Source: an uncultured Chloroflexia bacterium (GTDB lineage Bacteria > Chloroflexota > Anaerolineae > JAAYZQ01). Taken from it: a stretch of 64,000 nucleotides of DNA. The DNA lies in contig CAVOXA010000014.1 in assembly GCA_963700285.1 (NCBI GenBank), positions 224,001 through 288,000 of the forward strand. Direction: 5' to 3'. The notes below the pieces were generated by a model. The model saw only the letters and a program-made list of their open reading frames with translations. It had not been told where the DNA came from and searched no databases. Position 1 is the stretch's first letter. Each line of letters starts with the position of its first letter. A program made the translations under genes and the position numbers. Below are positions 1-10,229 of this stretch, in pieces.

Positions 1-5
1 ATTGG

Positions 6-767
6 GTGAGGCTCCAGACGCTTAAGCAACAGCTCACCGGCGGCGTGCGCAAACCCGTCAAGCCGGAGCAGGTGGTGGACGACCTGACCATCATCGAGGG
101 GATCGGGGACAAGACGGCCGAGCTGCTGAACCAGCAGGGCATCTACGCCTTTGCCGATCTGGCAGACACGGACGTGGATCGGCTGCGGACGATCCTGGCG
201 GCGGGAGGCCCTGCCTTCCGCCTGGCGGCGCCGGAGACATGGCCGCGTCAGGCCCGGCTGGCGGCCAACCGCGATTGGGTCAGGCTCCAGTCCCTGAAGG
301 AAGAGCTCACCGGCGGGGTGCGCCGGCCAGCGGCGCCAGAGGTCAGGGTGGAGGCTGAGGCTGAGACGCCCGAAGGAGAGGCGATCAGCGCTGAGAGCCC
401 GGATCCGGCCGAGGAAGAAGCGGCATGGCCTATGCCACCGCCAGAGGTCGAGGCCGAGCCGCCGCTTGTGGAGGAAGAGACCAGCGACGTGGGCCAGGAC
501 GATGTCGCCGAAGAGGCCGGAGGGCCCGAGCCGCCGCCAGAGGTCGAGGTCGAGCCGCCGCTTGTGGAAGAAGAGACCGGCGACCAAGTAGACTGGCCCA
601 AAATCCTCGGCCAAGACGATGCCGCCGAAGAAGCCGCAGAGCCCGAGTCGCCGCCAGAGGTCGAGGCTGAGCCGCCGGCCAGGGAGGCAGAGACCGGCAT
701 GGAAGGGGCGGATCTGGCCGCCAGCGACCGGGAAGCGGATCGCCCGCCGGCCGAGCCCGGCGCGTAG
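6..767 (+). CDS. Helix-hairpin-helix (DUF4332-like) repeat protein with acidic Pro/Glu-rich tail; 5' end lies outside the window
   Basis: DDLTIIEGIGDKTAELLNQQGIYAFADLA...TWPRQARLAA module. The end of a previous copy (WVRLQTLKQQLTGGVRKP) is at the window start. Tail has PPPEVEAEPP repeats. Confidence 0.7.
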   Translation: MRLQTLKQQLTGGVRKPVKPEQVVDDLTIIEGIGDKTAELLNQQGIYAFADLADTDVDRLRTILAAGGPAFRLAAPETWPRQARLAANRDWVRLQSLKEELTGGVRRPAAPEVRVEAEAETPEGEAISAESPDPAEEEAAWPMPPPEVEAEPPLVEEETSDVGQDDVAEEAGGPEPPPEVEVEPPLVEEETGDQVDWPKILGQDDAAEEAAEPESPPEVEAEPPAREAETGMEGADLAASDREADRPPAEPGA

Positions 768-855
768 GCATTCGCCAAGTCCGGGGAGGAACCGGCGGGG
801 GCAGGCAACGGACTGACCCCCGGCAGAGACGCTGCCCTGGAAAGGATGGACGGAC

Positions 856-2595
856 ATGACATCCGATAGCAAGTCGAGCGAAAGGAATTTCACGCTGCTC
901 AAGGTCGCTGTATTGCTGGCGCTGCTGCTCATCCTGGTGATCGCAGTCCTCCAGGAGCGGCGCGCGGCCGAGACAGCAGATCTGGCGGTGCCGCTGCTCA
1001 ATGCGCCCCAACCGGCCGCCGGTGGGAGCACGGGCCTGTCCGGCGTGGCCGAGCCCGGGTCGACTGTGGAGCTGCGGGCCGGCGACACCCTGCTGGGCAG
1101 CGTCGCTGTGGGCGCCGACGGGACCTGGTCGTACGAGGCGGAGCTGGCGCCCGGGGAGCACGAGATCGTGGCCCGCACGCTGGATCCCTCCGGCAAAGTG
1201 GCCGCCGAGTCTGAGGCGCTGACCGTGAGCGTCCCGGCAGAGAGCCCGGAGACGGTAACAGGTACCTTCCTGCCCATGATTCAGCTTCCCGAATTCCCGT
1301 CCGAAGGAGGCTTTCGCCTGGAAGGCAGCGGCGCCCCCGGCTCTACGGTTGAGCTGTGGGCCGGCGCGGATCAGGTGGGCGCCGTGCTCGTTGGTTCGGA
1401 TGGCACCTGGTCCTTTGAAGGCGAGTTGGCCCCAGGGGACTATGAGATTGTGGCCCGCACCGTCGACACCTCGGGCCGGGTGGTCAATGAATCGGAGGCC
1501 GTGGCCGTCCAAGTCTCGGCCGTTGCTGTGGGGGCCGGGACGGAAGCCGCGGGCCCGGAACTCGTGCCGCCCGAGCCCCGCACCGACGGCGGATTTGACC
1601 TTTCCGGCAGCGCCGAGGCCGGCTCCACAGTTGAACTGTGGGATGGCGACGTGAAGCTGGGCGAGGTCATTGCCGGTGACGACGGCGCCTGGTCGTTCAA
1701 CGGCGAACTGGCGCCCGGTGGCCACGTGATCGTGGCCCGCACCGTCGACGCCTCAGGCCAGGTGGTGAATGAATCGGAGGCCGTGGCCGTCCAGGTCTCG
1801 GCCGTTGGCGCAGAGGCCGGGGCGGAAGCGTCTGGCCCGGAACTCGCGCCGCCCGAGCCCCGCACCGACGGAGGATTTGACCTTTCCGGCAGCGCCGAGG
1901 CCGGCTCCACGGTCGAACTGTGGGATGGCGACGTGAAGCTGGGCGAGGCCACAGCAGGTGACGACGGCGTCTGGTCGTTCAATGGCGAACTGGCGCCCGG
2001 CGGTCACGTGATCGTGGCCCGCACCGTCGACGCCTCGGGCCAGGTGCTGGGCCAGTCGGGCGCCGTGACAGTCACAGTTTCGGCGGGGCTGCTGGTGGCG
2101 GTTCCGCGACCGGATGAGGCACACGCCGGCGGAGAGGGTACGGTGACGCTGACGGGCACGGGCGATCCCGGAGCCACGATGGAGATCGTAGAGGATGGCG
2201 TCGTGGTGGGCACAGCGATCGTTGGCGAGGATGGCTTGTGGACGTTCAGCTATGCCGCTGTCCCGGGCGAGCACGAGTTGGCCGTGCGGGATCCGGCAAA
2301 ATCGGAGGCGCCGGGCGCCAGCGTCACCGTCGGGGTGGCGGCCGCAGCCGCGGCTGCCGCGCCTACGGATCAAGCCCCTGCCGGCCAGGCGCTATCGTCG
2401 GGCGGCCAGGCGTATGTGGTCCAGCAGGGGGACTGGCTGAAAAAGATCGCCCGCAAGTTCTATGACGATTCCAGGCGCTGGCGCGACATCATGGAGGCGA
2501 CCAATGCCAAAGCGGCGAAGGATGCGAGCTTTTCCGTGATCACGGATCCGGATCTGATCCGGCCGGGTTGGAAGCTGTGGATACCGGCGGAGTAG
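856..2595 (+). CDS. Membrane-anchored surface protein with bacterial Ig-like repeats and a C-terminal LysM domain
   Basis: N-terminal hydrophobic helix; about 5 repeats of LSGxAEPGSTVELW...ADGTWSF...LAPGxHxIVARTVD; C-terminal YVVQQGDWLKKIARKFY...PDLIRPGWKLWIP (LysM). Confidence 0.85.
   Translation: MTSDSKSSERNFTLLKVAVLLALLLILVIAVLQERRAAETADLAVPLLNAPQPAAGGSTGLSGVAEPGSTVELRAGDTLLGSVAVGADGTWSYEAELAPGEHEIVARTLDPSGKVAAESEALTVSVPAESPETVTGTFLPMIQLPEFPSEGGFRLEGSGAPGSTVELWAGADQVGAVLVGSDGTWSFEGELAPGDYEIVARTVDTSGRVVNESEAVAVQVSAVAVGAGTEAAGPELVPPEPRTDGGFDLSGSAEAGSTVELWDGDVKLGEVIAGDDGAWSFNGELAPGGHVIVARTVDASGQVVNESEAVAVQVSAVGAEAGAEASGPELAPPEPRTDGGFDLSGSAEAGSTVELWDGDVKLGEATAGDDGVWSFNGELAPGGHVIVARTVDASGQVLGQSGAVTVTVSAGLLVAVPRPDEAHAGGEGTVTLTGTGDPGATMEIVEDGVVVGTAIVGEDGLWTFSYAAVPGEHELAVRDPAKSEAPGASVTVGVAAAAAAAAPTDQAPAGQALSSGGQAYVVQQGDWLKKIARKFYDDSRRWRDIMEATNAKAAKDASFSVITDPDLIRPGWKLWIPAE
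1450..2040 (+). repeat. Near-identical intragenic tandem duplication with a 282-bp period (Ig-like modules)
   Basis: GTGGCCCGCACCGTCGAC recurs at 1450, 1732 and 2014, and the sequence between copies is highly similar. Confidence 0.85.
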
Positions 2596-2626
2596 GATAG
2601 CGGCGGCGCACACTCGAGGCAAGAGC

Positions 2627-2662
2627 GAGCCCCTGGGCAGACAGTAGTCCCAGGGGCTCTTT
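2627..2662 (+). terminator. Probable intrinsic terminator after the LysM gene
   Basis: 11-bp stem GAGCCCCTGGG/CCCAGGGGCTC followed by TTT. Confidence 0.55.
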
Positions 2663-2834
2663 GGTGTGGAGAGGGAGTCGCTGTGACGTGAGGTCACGTC
2701 TGGGGTAGGTGGACAGGCCGGGCGGCAAGAAGGGCTGGTACCTGAGCAGTCGCACAGGAGTCCAAGTGGTTGGCTTCGGAGGTTGAGGCCAAGTTGAACG
2801 TCGGACTGCTCATTGGCCTGGTTGTATCGAGGGC

Positions 2835-2869
2835 AGACCTCGGGGGTCTGGCCTCGACCCCCGAGGTCT
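2835..2869. repeat. REP-like palindromic element (AGACCTCGGrGGTC family)
   Basis: Perfect 14-bp stem AGACCTCGGGGGTC/GACCCCCGAGGTCT with a 7-nt loop; related copies at 4603 and 25298. Confidence 0.7.
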
Positions 2870-2877
2870 TGGCGTTT

Positions 2878-4401
2878 TCAGCCGAACTGCTGGGGGATGA
2901 TGCCGCCGGTGCAGCCTGGCGGGATCATGAGCCAGCGGGCGTCGTAGAGGGATCTTTCGGCGTCAAAGACGCGGCCGTCGGGCAGCATGTATTGGTTGGG
3001 CGTTCCAGGCGGGAGTCCCGATTCGAATTCGGGCAGGCGGCTCCGATCCTCGGCCAGTTGGGCGTGGACGTCGTCCCAGTCGAAATCCTGGTAGAGCCAC
3101 TGGCGCATCTGGCGACAGCGGCCAGCGTGGGCGGGTTCGGCGGCCAGGTTGGTTGTCTCCAGGGGATCCTCATCCAGATCGAAGAGCAGGGTCACTCCAT
3201 GCTCTACCTCGACGTATTTCCATCGCTCGTCGCGGACGCAGCGCCAGGCGGCGTTTGGGGCGTCGTCGGGGGTCCCGCCATAGTTGATGCGTACGCCGTA
3301 GCGGTAGGTGGCGCTGGGAGCAAACTGTCGTGGCGGGGTCGCCGAGGCGGGATCGGTGAGCAGGCCGCTGGCATCGACGCCGTCCAGGCCGGGCGGGATG
3401 GGCAGACCGGCCAGGGCACAGGTGGTGGGGAAGAGATCCATCAAGGAGATGGGATGCCGAACGGAACCACCGCCGGGAATGCCGGGGCCGGCGATGAGCA
3501 GCGGCACACCGATGGATGGATCATGGTACAGTTGTTTGCCCCAGAGGCCGTGGAGGCCCAGCATCTCGCCGTGGTCTGAGGTGTAGATGACAAAGGTATC
3601 CTCCAGAAGCCCTGCCCCTTCGAGACCATCCAGAAGCTCGCCCATGCAGTCGTCTACGAAATCGACGCAGGCATAGTAAGCCTCACGGCCGCGGACGGCC
3701 TGCTCCTCTGTGAGGTCGGGGGCAAAGCGCCGGGCAAAGGCCTCAAGGTCCTCGTCCCTGCCCACCGCCGCCGGGGGTACCTGGCCGCTGTAGCGGCGAA
3801 TGTAGCGGCCGGGCGCCGTCAGGGGGGAATGGGGCCGGCCGTAGGAGGCACAGACGAACCAGGGCGTATCGGGCTCGCGGCTTTGATGCTCCAGGAGGAA
3901 GGCCAGGGTCTCGCGGGTGACGACGACGTCCTGCATGAGGCTCTCGGGAACCTCGGTGACACCTGCGCTCTCGGCGTTGGCATAGCCGGGATACATGTGC
4001 AGCGGGTCGGGCTGGTGGCCCAAGGCATGGCGGAGATCGCCATAGGGCCGGTGCTGAAAGCCGTTCATCTGGTCGCGACCGCCAAAGTGCATCTTGCCCA
4101 CGAGGCAGGTGCGGTAGCCGTGGGCGGCAAAGTGGGCGGGCCAGGTGGGGTGTTCGGGAAAGAGGATCCAGTGGTTGGACCAGGCAGCGCAGCGATGGGC
4201 GTCACGGCCGGTCAACGTGGACATGCGGCTGGGCGTACACACGGGATTCGTGCAGGTGGCGTTGTCGAAACGGACGGCGCGGGCGGCGAGGCGGTCGAGG
4301 TTGTCCGTATTGACGATGGGATCGCCGGCAAAGCCGGCTATGTTGCGGTTGTGCTCGTCGGTCATGATCCAGAGAATGTTGGGCTGGCTGGTCATTGGCA
4401 T
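2878..4401 (-). CDS. Sulfatase (choline-sulfatase-like, formylglycine-dependent)
   Basis: PNILWIMTDEH, CTPSR (CxPxR), GKMH, YTSDHGEMLG..GLWGK. Start chosen at the ATG after AAGGAG. Confidence 0.9.
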   Translation of the reverse strand: MPMTSQPNILWIMTDEHNRNIAGFAGDPIVNTDNLDRLAARAVRFDNATCTNPVCTPSRMSTLTGRDAHRCAAWSNHWILFPEHPTWPAHFAAHGYRTCLVGKMHFGGRDQMNGFQHRPYGDLRHALGHQPDPLHMYPGYANAESAGVTEVPESLMQDVVVTRETLAFLLEHQSREPDTPWFVCASYGRPHSPLTAPGRYIRRYSGQVPPAAVGRDEDLEAFARRFAPDLTEEQAVRGREAYYACVDFVDDCMGELLDGLEGAGLLEDTFVIYTSDHGEMLGLHGLWGKQLYHDPSIGVPLLIAGPGIPGGGSVRHPISLMDLFPTTCALAGLPIPPGLDGVDASGLLTDPASATPPRQFAPSATYRYGVRINYGGTPDDAPNAAWRCVRDERWKYVEVEHGVTLLFDLDEDPLETTNLAAEPAHAGRCRQMRQWLYQDFDWDDVHAQLAEDRSRLPEFESGLPPGTPNQYMLPDGRVFDAERSLYDARWLMIPPGCTGGIIPQQFG

Positions 4402-4549
4402 GGTCTCCTTGGTGGATGGCAGCATTGTAGCATGATTCAGGATGGAGGGCAAGAGGGGGTGGTATGCTCCTGGAGCAAGCGCGTTTGGCTGGAGACCGTG
4501 CTGCGACGTTCCGATTTCCTGTCTCAAGGGCGTTGTGGCGCACAGGGAG

Positions 4550-4576
4550 TGGACTCCCGCCTTCGCGGGAATGACA
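4550..4576. repeat. REP-like hairpin of the GTCATTCCCGCGAAGGCGGGA family
   Basis: TGGACTCCCGCCTTCGCGGGAATGACA in an intergenic position. Confidence 0.65.
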
Positions 4577-4602
4577 GAGTTGTGCCAATGGTTGCCGCTC
4601 TC

Positions 4603-4660
4603 GGATCTCGGGGATCGAAGCCAGACCCCCACGTTCGTGGAGGCAGGCTCCCCGAGGTCC
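4603..4660. repeat. Interrupted copy of the AGACCTCGG REP-like element
   Basis: GATCTCGGGGATCGAAGCCAGACCCC...CCCCGAGGTCC has the same GAAGCCA loop as the 25298 copy, with about 20 extra bases. Confidence 0.5.
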
Positions 4661-4731
4661 AGCTTTGCTGATTCAGGCCGGTGCAGCCGGTCATGGACCG
4701 GCTGCGAGCACAGGTAAGGGTAAGCCTAGCC

Positions 4732-6075
4732 TCACTGGCGCATTTGCTTAAGGGCCATTTCGGCGGCGTTGACGACCTGATAGGCGACGGGTGAGGCCGT
4801 GAGCAGCGGGTGGGTGCCCATTTGGAAGGTGGCAATCTCGTCGGCGGTCATCTCGGCCTGGATCATGGTGGCCAGGAGGTTGATCTCTGCTCCCACGGAA
4901 TCACCGCCACAGGCTTCGCCGCCGATGAGGGTCTCGGAATACTTGCGGAAGATGAGCTTGACCTTGGTCGGCTTGGCGCCGGGCAGGCCGCCGGGATGGC
5001 GGTCCGGGGACTCGGCTTCTCCGACGACGTAGGCCATGCCCGCCTCCAGGGCGGTCTTTTCCCCAATTCCGGCCAGCCCGCAGGCCAGGTCGCCGATCTT
5101 GGTGGAAAAGACACTGATGGATCCCTTGCTGGCGCGCCGGATCTCAAAGAGATTGGCGGCGGCGATGCGCGCTTCGGCGGTGGCCACAGAGGCCAGCCAG
5201 GCCCTGGAGGGCTTGCCGGTGAAGAAGCAGACCTTTTCGGCGCAGTCGCCGGCAGCAAGGATGTTGGGGTCACTGGTCACCATGTGGCGGTCGACGACCA
5301 CGCCGCCGGTGGGGCCGATGGCCAGTCCGGCCTCGCGGGCCAGTTCCACGTTGGGGCGGACGCCGATGCCGAGGATCACGGCATCGGCCTTCAGGCGCTG
5401 GCCGTCGTCCAGTTCGACGTATTCGACCTTGCCGTTGCCCTTGATGGCGTTGGCCCTGCGGGCGGCAAGGACTTGGACGCCATTCTTGGCCACTTGCTCC
5501 TCAGCGCGGATACAGAGGTCCTCGTCAAAGACAGTGAAGAGACAGTGGGGCAGCATCTCTACAACAGAGATGACCTTGCCGTCCAGCTTGCGGCATTCGT
5601 CGGCCATCTCCAGACCGATGAAGCCACCACCGATGACGACGATGTCCTGGGCCCCGTGCAGGACGTCCAGGAGGTGGGCCAAGTAGTCCACGTTCTTTTC
5701 GATGGGAAAGACGTTCTCCATATCGACGCCGGGGATGGGTGGAACCAGGGGCAACGAACCCATGGTCAGGATCAGCTTCTTGTAACCGATGGTCTCCCCC
5801 TCCGCGGTGGAGACCGTCCTGGCATCCCGATCGATGCTAGTAACGCGTCCGATGATGAGATCCACGTTGTTCTTGGCCAGAGCCGGATCGGGCATCAGGT
5901 TCTTGTCGGCAGAACCCAGGGTACCAAAGATGTAGGGGATGCCGCAGGGCACCGGTGTCTTGGTTTCCTGGCGAACGACAGCCACGGTGGCTTCAGGATA
6001 GTGTCGTCGCGCTGTGATTGCAGCTGCAAAGCCGGCCGCGCTGCTGCCAATGATGAGTGCGTCTACGTTTTTCAA
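4732..6075 (-). CDS. FAD/NAD(P)-dependent pyridine nucleotide-disulfide oxidoreductase (CoA-disulfide reductase / NADH oxidase / NSR family)
   Basis: IIGSSAAG, redox Cys in PCGIPY, VVIGGGFIGLE, ILAAGDC, C-terminal THP. TTG start after GAGGAG. Confidence 0.9.
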   Translation of the reverse strand: MKNVDALIIGSSAAGFAAAITARRHYPEATVAVVRQETKTPVPCGIPYIFGTLGSADKNLMPDPALAKNNVDLIIGRVTSIDRDARTVSTAEGETIGYKKLILTMGSLPLVPPIPGVDMENVFPIEKNVDYLAHLLDVLHGAQDIVVIGGGFIGLEMADECRKLDGKVISVVEMLPHCLFTVFDEDLCIRAEEQVAKNGVQVLAARRANAIKGNGKVEYVELDDGQRLKADAVILGIGVRPNVELAREAGLAIGPTGGVVVDRHMVTSDPNILAAGDCAEKVCFFTGKPSRAWLASVATAEARIAAANLFEIRRASKGSISVFSTKIGDLACGLAGIGEKTALEAGMAYVVGEAESPDRHPGGLPGAKPTKVKLIFRKYSETLIGGEACGGDSVGAEINLLATMIQAEMTADEIATFQMGTHPLLTASPVAYQVVNAAEMALKQMRQ

Positions 6076-6223
6076 TGTCCATCTCCTCAAAGTTTATTTG
6101 GGTCAACTCTCTCGGTGCAGACCTGGTGATCCACGTTTTCTTTGGTGGATATCCTTGTGACTACCAGGCAGTGGATGTGTCCATGCACTGGATCGGCCAG
6201 GGCTCCTTGCACACAGAGCCTTG

Positions 6224-6283
6224 ATCGTATCCGACAATGCCTCTGTTGTCATCAGCGAGTTGGTGGATCCTGTACTCCACAGA
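6224..6283 (-). promoter_or_regulatory. Promoter with the shared island motif (copy 1), upstream of the oxidoreductase
   Basis: Minus strand ATGACA-17-TACGAT. Plus-strand text TGTCATC-AGCGA-GTTGGTG-GATCCTGTACTCCACA aligns with the copies at 8303, 22431 and 22662. Confidence 0.65.
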
Positions 6284-6406
6284 ACAGGACCGCCCGGAGA
6301 CATTCTTGCTCCACACCTGCTGATGGGCCCTCAACAGATGTCGCACACGCGGTGCTGACGAGAAAAGAAGCCAGCAAGGGCGCGCTGAGCACAGCTTGCC
6401 CACACT

Positions 6407-6604
6407 CTATGGTCTATTGCCCAGGATCAACCGAGCTTTTGCTGCTTTCTGGCGTCGTGCCCGGAGGCCAGACCGCAGGGGCCTGGGGAGAAGATGGTGA
6501 GGCTGCCTCAGCCCCCTTGGTACCCGATCATCCCAGTCCTCGAATATGATCCCAGGCACCGCGCCCAAGGACCAGAACCAGTCCAATTTTTCTTGGGGTG
6601 TCAT
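6407..6604 (-). CDS. Small hypothetical protein
   Basis: ATG preceded by GGAGAGG, directly downstream of the USP gene; no recognisable family. Confidence 0.4.
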   Translation of the reverse strand: MTPQEKLDWFWSLGAVPGIIFEDWDDRVPRGLRQPHHLLPRPLRSGLRARRQKAAKARLILGNRP

Positions 6605-6636
6605 GCGAATGATCCTCTCCCGATCGCTTTGCTGAT

Positions 6637-7551
6637 TCAGGTCTTTTGAGCCCGGACCAGCAGGATCGGTTTGTCACCGGCGCGCAGGACCCGGTCGGCC
6701 ACGCTGCCCAGGGCCCAGCGCGCCAGACCTGTCCGGCCATGCGTGCACATGGCGATCAGGTCCACGTGGTTGACCTCAGCATAGTCGATGATGGATTCTG
6801 CAACCGGCCCCAACCATGTGGCTGTGGATACCTGAATCCCTTGATCCCTGAGGCCGCTGGCCTGGCGCTCCAGATAGGCATGGGCATCCTGGTCGGCTGT
6901 CTGAAAACTGCCTTGCAGAGGCATGTACCAGTCGCCTATGAGCGAGCCAGAGGCATAGACGATGGGCACCTGGAAAAGGGTCATTTCGCACCCCAGGGAC
7001 CTGGCAATCGGGGTGATGGTTGGCAAAACCTGCTCGGCCACTTGCGAGCCGTCCAGCGGCACCAGGATACGACGACACGGGCAGGCTTCCGGCAAGCCTT
7101 TCGGAGCATCCTCTTTCGCGCGCACCAAAAGCACCGGCTTGCTGGCCGACTGCAGCACGCGCTCGGCCACGCTGCCGTGGGTCCAGCGGTTGATCCCCGT
7201 ATACCCATGGGAGGCCATGACGATAAGGTCGACATCCCCTTGCTCGAGAAATTTCAGGATGGCGTCCGCCGCCTGCCCATGACCGACGGCGTGGCTGAAG
7301 CTCAGCCCGGCCTTGGACAGGAGATGGCTCATCGCTCGCAGGTATTGGTTGGCCTCGATTTCGAGCTGCTCCAGGAGTGGAGCAGCTTTCAAGCCAGCTT
7401 TGTCCAGAGCATCCTGAGCGTCAGATGGAATCGAAACTGCGCGGAACAGGATGAGTTCGGCTGGCAGCCCTCTACCCAGGGTCATGGCGCAGGGGAGCGC
7501 TTGCTCGGCGAGATGTGAACCGTCCAGTGGAACGAGAATTCGAGTCTCCAT
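6637..7551 (-). CDS. Tandem universal stress protein (2 x USP domain)
   Basis: Two copies of RILVPLDGS...DLI(V/A)MxxHG.tG..RWxxGSVAERVL...KP(V/I)LLVR. Confidence 0.93.
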   Translation of the reverse strand: METRILVPLDGSHLAEQALPCAMTLGRGLPAELILFRAVSIPSDAQDALDKAGLKAAPLLEQLEIEANQYLRAMSHLLSKAGLSFSHAVGHGQAADAILKFLEQGDVDLIVMASHGYTGINRWTHGSVAERVLQSASKPVLLVRAKEDAPKGLPEACPCRRILVPLDGSQVAEQVLPTITPIARSLGCEMTLFQVPIVYASGSLIGDWYMPLQGSFQTADQDAHAYLERQASGLRDQGIQVSTATWLGPVAESIIDYAEVNHVDLIAMCTHGRTGLARWALGSVADRVLRAGDKPILLVRAQKT

Positions 7552-7666
7552 TGCCCCCTCCTTCTATTTGCTACACGCGACATGCAGTTTCAAAGCTTCA
7601 GCGACGCGATGGCCAAGGCAAGCAAGCCCTTTTGCCGACCTGCCATTGGCACATCATCGGCCAAAC

Positions 7667-8059
7667 CTAGCTGGCAGGACCGGATAGACCCTGGACCTGG
7701 GCCAGGATGGCGTCGTGCAGCGCTTGAGGCGAATCGCCTTTGAACAGGATGGCATCGGCGCCGGCGGCAGCTGCCTTCGCCCGATACTGAGGGTGGATCG
7801 TCAGGGCGACGACCTTAACTTCAGGCCACCGGTCCTTGATACGGCGCGTGGCCTCCACCCCATCCATTACCGGCATCTGCATGTCCATCAGAACCAGGTG
7901 AGGCTGGCATTCTGAGACAAAGCGGACTGCCTCCTGGCCATTGGCAGCAGATCCCACCACTTCTACCTGTGGATAGAGGGATAGCAGGGCTCGTAGACCT
8001 TTGCGCGTCGCCCGCCGGTCATCGGCGATCAGAACCCGTACCGATCTCTCCATGTGCAT
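7667..8059 (-). CDS. Single-domain response regulator (NarL-like receiver only)
   Basis: VRVLIADD, LVLMDMQMPVMDGVEAT, VALT, FKG; no output domain; RBS GAAGGAGG. Confidence 0.85.
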   Translation of the reverse strand: MHMERSVRVLIADDRRATRKGLRALLSLYPQVEVVGSAANGQEAVRFVSECQPHLVLMDMQMPVMDGVEATRRIKDRWPEVKVVALTIHPQYRAKAAAAGADAILFKGDSPQALHDAILAQVQGLSGPAS

Positions 8060-8279
8060 CCCTCCTTCTTGGCTGAACGTTGAGTGCCAAGTGACGTACA
8101 GTGAGCGCACCGCCGTCTCTGCTATTGTCAGCGCCGCAGTACAGTTACTGCCGTCTCCACTTTATGTCAAATTTACCTTCTGTGTCCTCGCCACAGATGG
8201 AGATCGTGTAGCACCCGGCTTTGTCCACCGGGGGATTGTGATTGCACGTACCTGACGTGCTCTGGGTCGTGTTACCCTT

Positions 8280-8338
8280 ATGTTACCTGAATTCGGCTTT
8301 GCTGTCATCGTAGGGTTGATTGATCTTTTCCTCAACAA
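8280..8338 (-). promoter_or_regulatory. Promoter with the shared island motif (copy 2), upstream of the receiver/USP genes
   Basis: Minus strand ATGACA-17-TAACAT; plus-strand text TGTCATC-GTAGG-GTTGATT-GATCTTTTCCTCAACAA. Confidence 0.7.
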
Positions 8339-8621
8339 GACAAAAGCGACCCCGGGCCGCCGTGCTCCACATTTGTTGATGGGCGTTCAACGGCTGTCGT
8401 AGACGCCACACTGGCGTGCATCCTCAGGGGAGCAGGCCGGGCGCATACGCTGGCTGGGCGTCTCGAACCATGCCGGCCTTGACCGGGACGTCTGGCGTCA
8501 CCGCGATCTACAGACCAGGCGGAATCACGGCCACTTTGGGGGAGCGTAGGACAACTCGCCGACGGCGCTCTGGCTCAGCGACTGCAGGCACTGAGCCGGG
8601 TCAGGATCCACAGCAATTACG

Positions 8622-9565
8622 TCAGGGCTGCTGAAGGTTTCTCAGGTAGAATGTCTTTCCCCCGTAAGCAACTTTGACAAGTTGACCGCTGGCAATGAGT
8701 ACGCGGACGACGGGCCACCCAGCTCCGTCCCGGGTCAGCAGTTCGTCGACAGCGTCCTGGCGCATGGGGTGCACGGCGGTGATACTCAGCAGGTCTTTTT
8801 CGGCGTTTCCTGTGAAGGCAAAGGCGTTGCCCTCATAGCCAATGAGGAGCTCTACCTGGTCGACTTTCTCACTGAAGAGTCTGGTAGGCCTGATTGATGA
8901 CTGCCTCCGTTGGGGGTCGCACCCACGCTTCCGCTGGCGGCCGCGTGGGGACCGCCAGGTACGCGGTGGCTGGCTTCAATTGGGCCAGCAGGCCGGCGAC
9001 TCTGCTGAGGTGCTCGGTGCCATCGTTGATATCCTCGACCAGCATCGTCTCTGTCACCAATTCTCCCTCAAAGGCCCGTGCAAACGCTAGCGCCCCATCA
9101 AGTATCGCAAAAGTTTGCAGACTGCCGTGCGGACGGTCAACCAGGCGCCACGTTTCTTCCACCGGCGAATCGACCTTCAGAGAGACCCAGTCCGCCTTCA
9201 TCAAGGCATCCCTCACATCTTTGTGCCAAATGAGGGAGGTATTGGTGATCACGGCAATCGGGATCGCCAAGTGGCCTCAGTAGCTCGATCTCCCGGCCGA
9301 GGTTGATGTCCAGCGTGGGCTCTCCATCGGGTACAAAGGTTAGGTAGTCAATCGCGTCGCCAGCCGCCCTTACCAGCCTGACCTTGTCCTCAACATCCCG
9401 AACGATATTCTCTGGCTCGTAGAAGGCACGGCGCTCAGCCTGCATCTTGAGTGTACGTCCCAACTGGCAGTAGACGCAGGAATAGGTGCACGTCTTGGGC
9501 GGGATATTGTTGATCCCCAGGCTGCGCCCCAGGCGCCTGGAGGGAACTGGTCCGAAGGCTATCAT
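8622..9565 (-). CDS. Radical SAM protein (COG0731-like Fe-S oxidoreductase), split by two frameshifts near 9270 and 8880
   Basis: FGPVPSRRLGRSLGIN, CTYSCVYC (CxxxCxxC), DGEPTL. Continues in other frames as AVITNTSL...VSLKVD and LIGYEGNAFA...ITAVHPMR to TGA at 8622. Confidence 0.85.
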
Positions 9566-9748
9566 GGTGCGCCCTCCCCGTGTTGCGGCATGCTATCGAT
9601 CCGCCTTGAGTATAGTCAAGTACTCCTTCGCGATTGGCACCCTGGGTTGGCGGAGTTGTTGGCACCGTTGTCGGAGGCAGGCAGGTCGCGGACCTGCCTG
9701 GAGCGATGGCGAAGGCTGCGTTCGTGCGCTTGGGCATTGAAGGCCGGA

Positions 9749-10051
9749 CCCCGTCAGGCGAAAACCGACGATCCGGTCGTCCTGCAAAAAGACTTTGCAC
9801 AGGCTTCCATCGCGGCGCACACGCAGTTCCTCCCCTTCCATCAGGCCCACGGCCATGACCGGCAGGCCCAAGTGTTTCAAACTGTTCATATTGTCGGCAC
9901 CTTCGTAGACCGTGTCCTGGCCCAGTAGGTTGTAGGCCACGATCCGTCCCTGGGCCACGGCGTTGGGAAAGATGGCGTGCACGTAGCGTTCAGCGGTGAT
10001 CTGGCCCTTGGTCTCTGCTACGTCCCCGGCGGCATAGACATCCGGGAAGAT
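9749..10051 (-). pseudogene. C-terminal fragment of an NAD(P)/FAD-dependent oxidoreductase
   Basis: PDVYAAGDVAE...HAIFPNAVAQGRIVAYNLLG...IVGFRLTG, lacking the N-terminal FAD/NAD-binding part and the true C-terminus. Confidence 0.7.
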
Positions 10052-10229
10052 GGGCTACCTCCTTTTATGGAATCGGGAGACACACTCTCCGTTTGGAGTC
10101 TCCCTGCGGCATGAAACGAACTCGTGATTCAAATGGTCTTGTGATCCCGGAGCCACGTCCTTTCCGTTCCTCCTATATCTGGACTGCAGACCGGCCCAGC
10201 CTCCTCCAACCTGTCTTAAGCCTGGTGAG

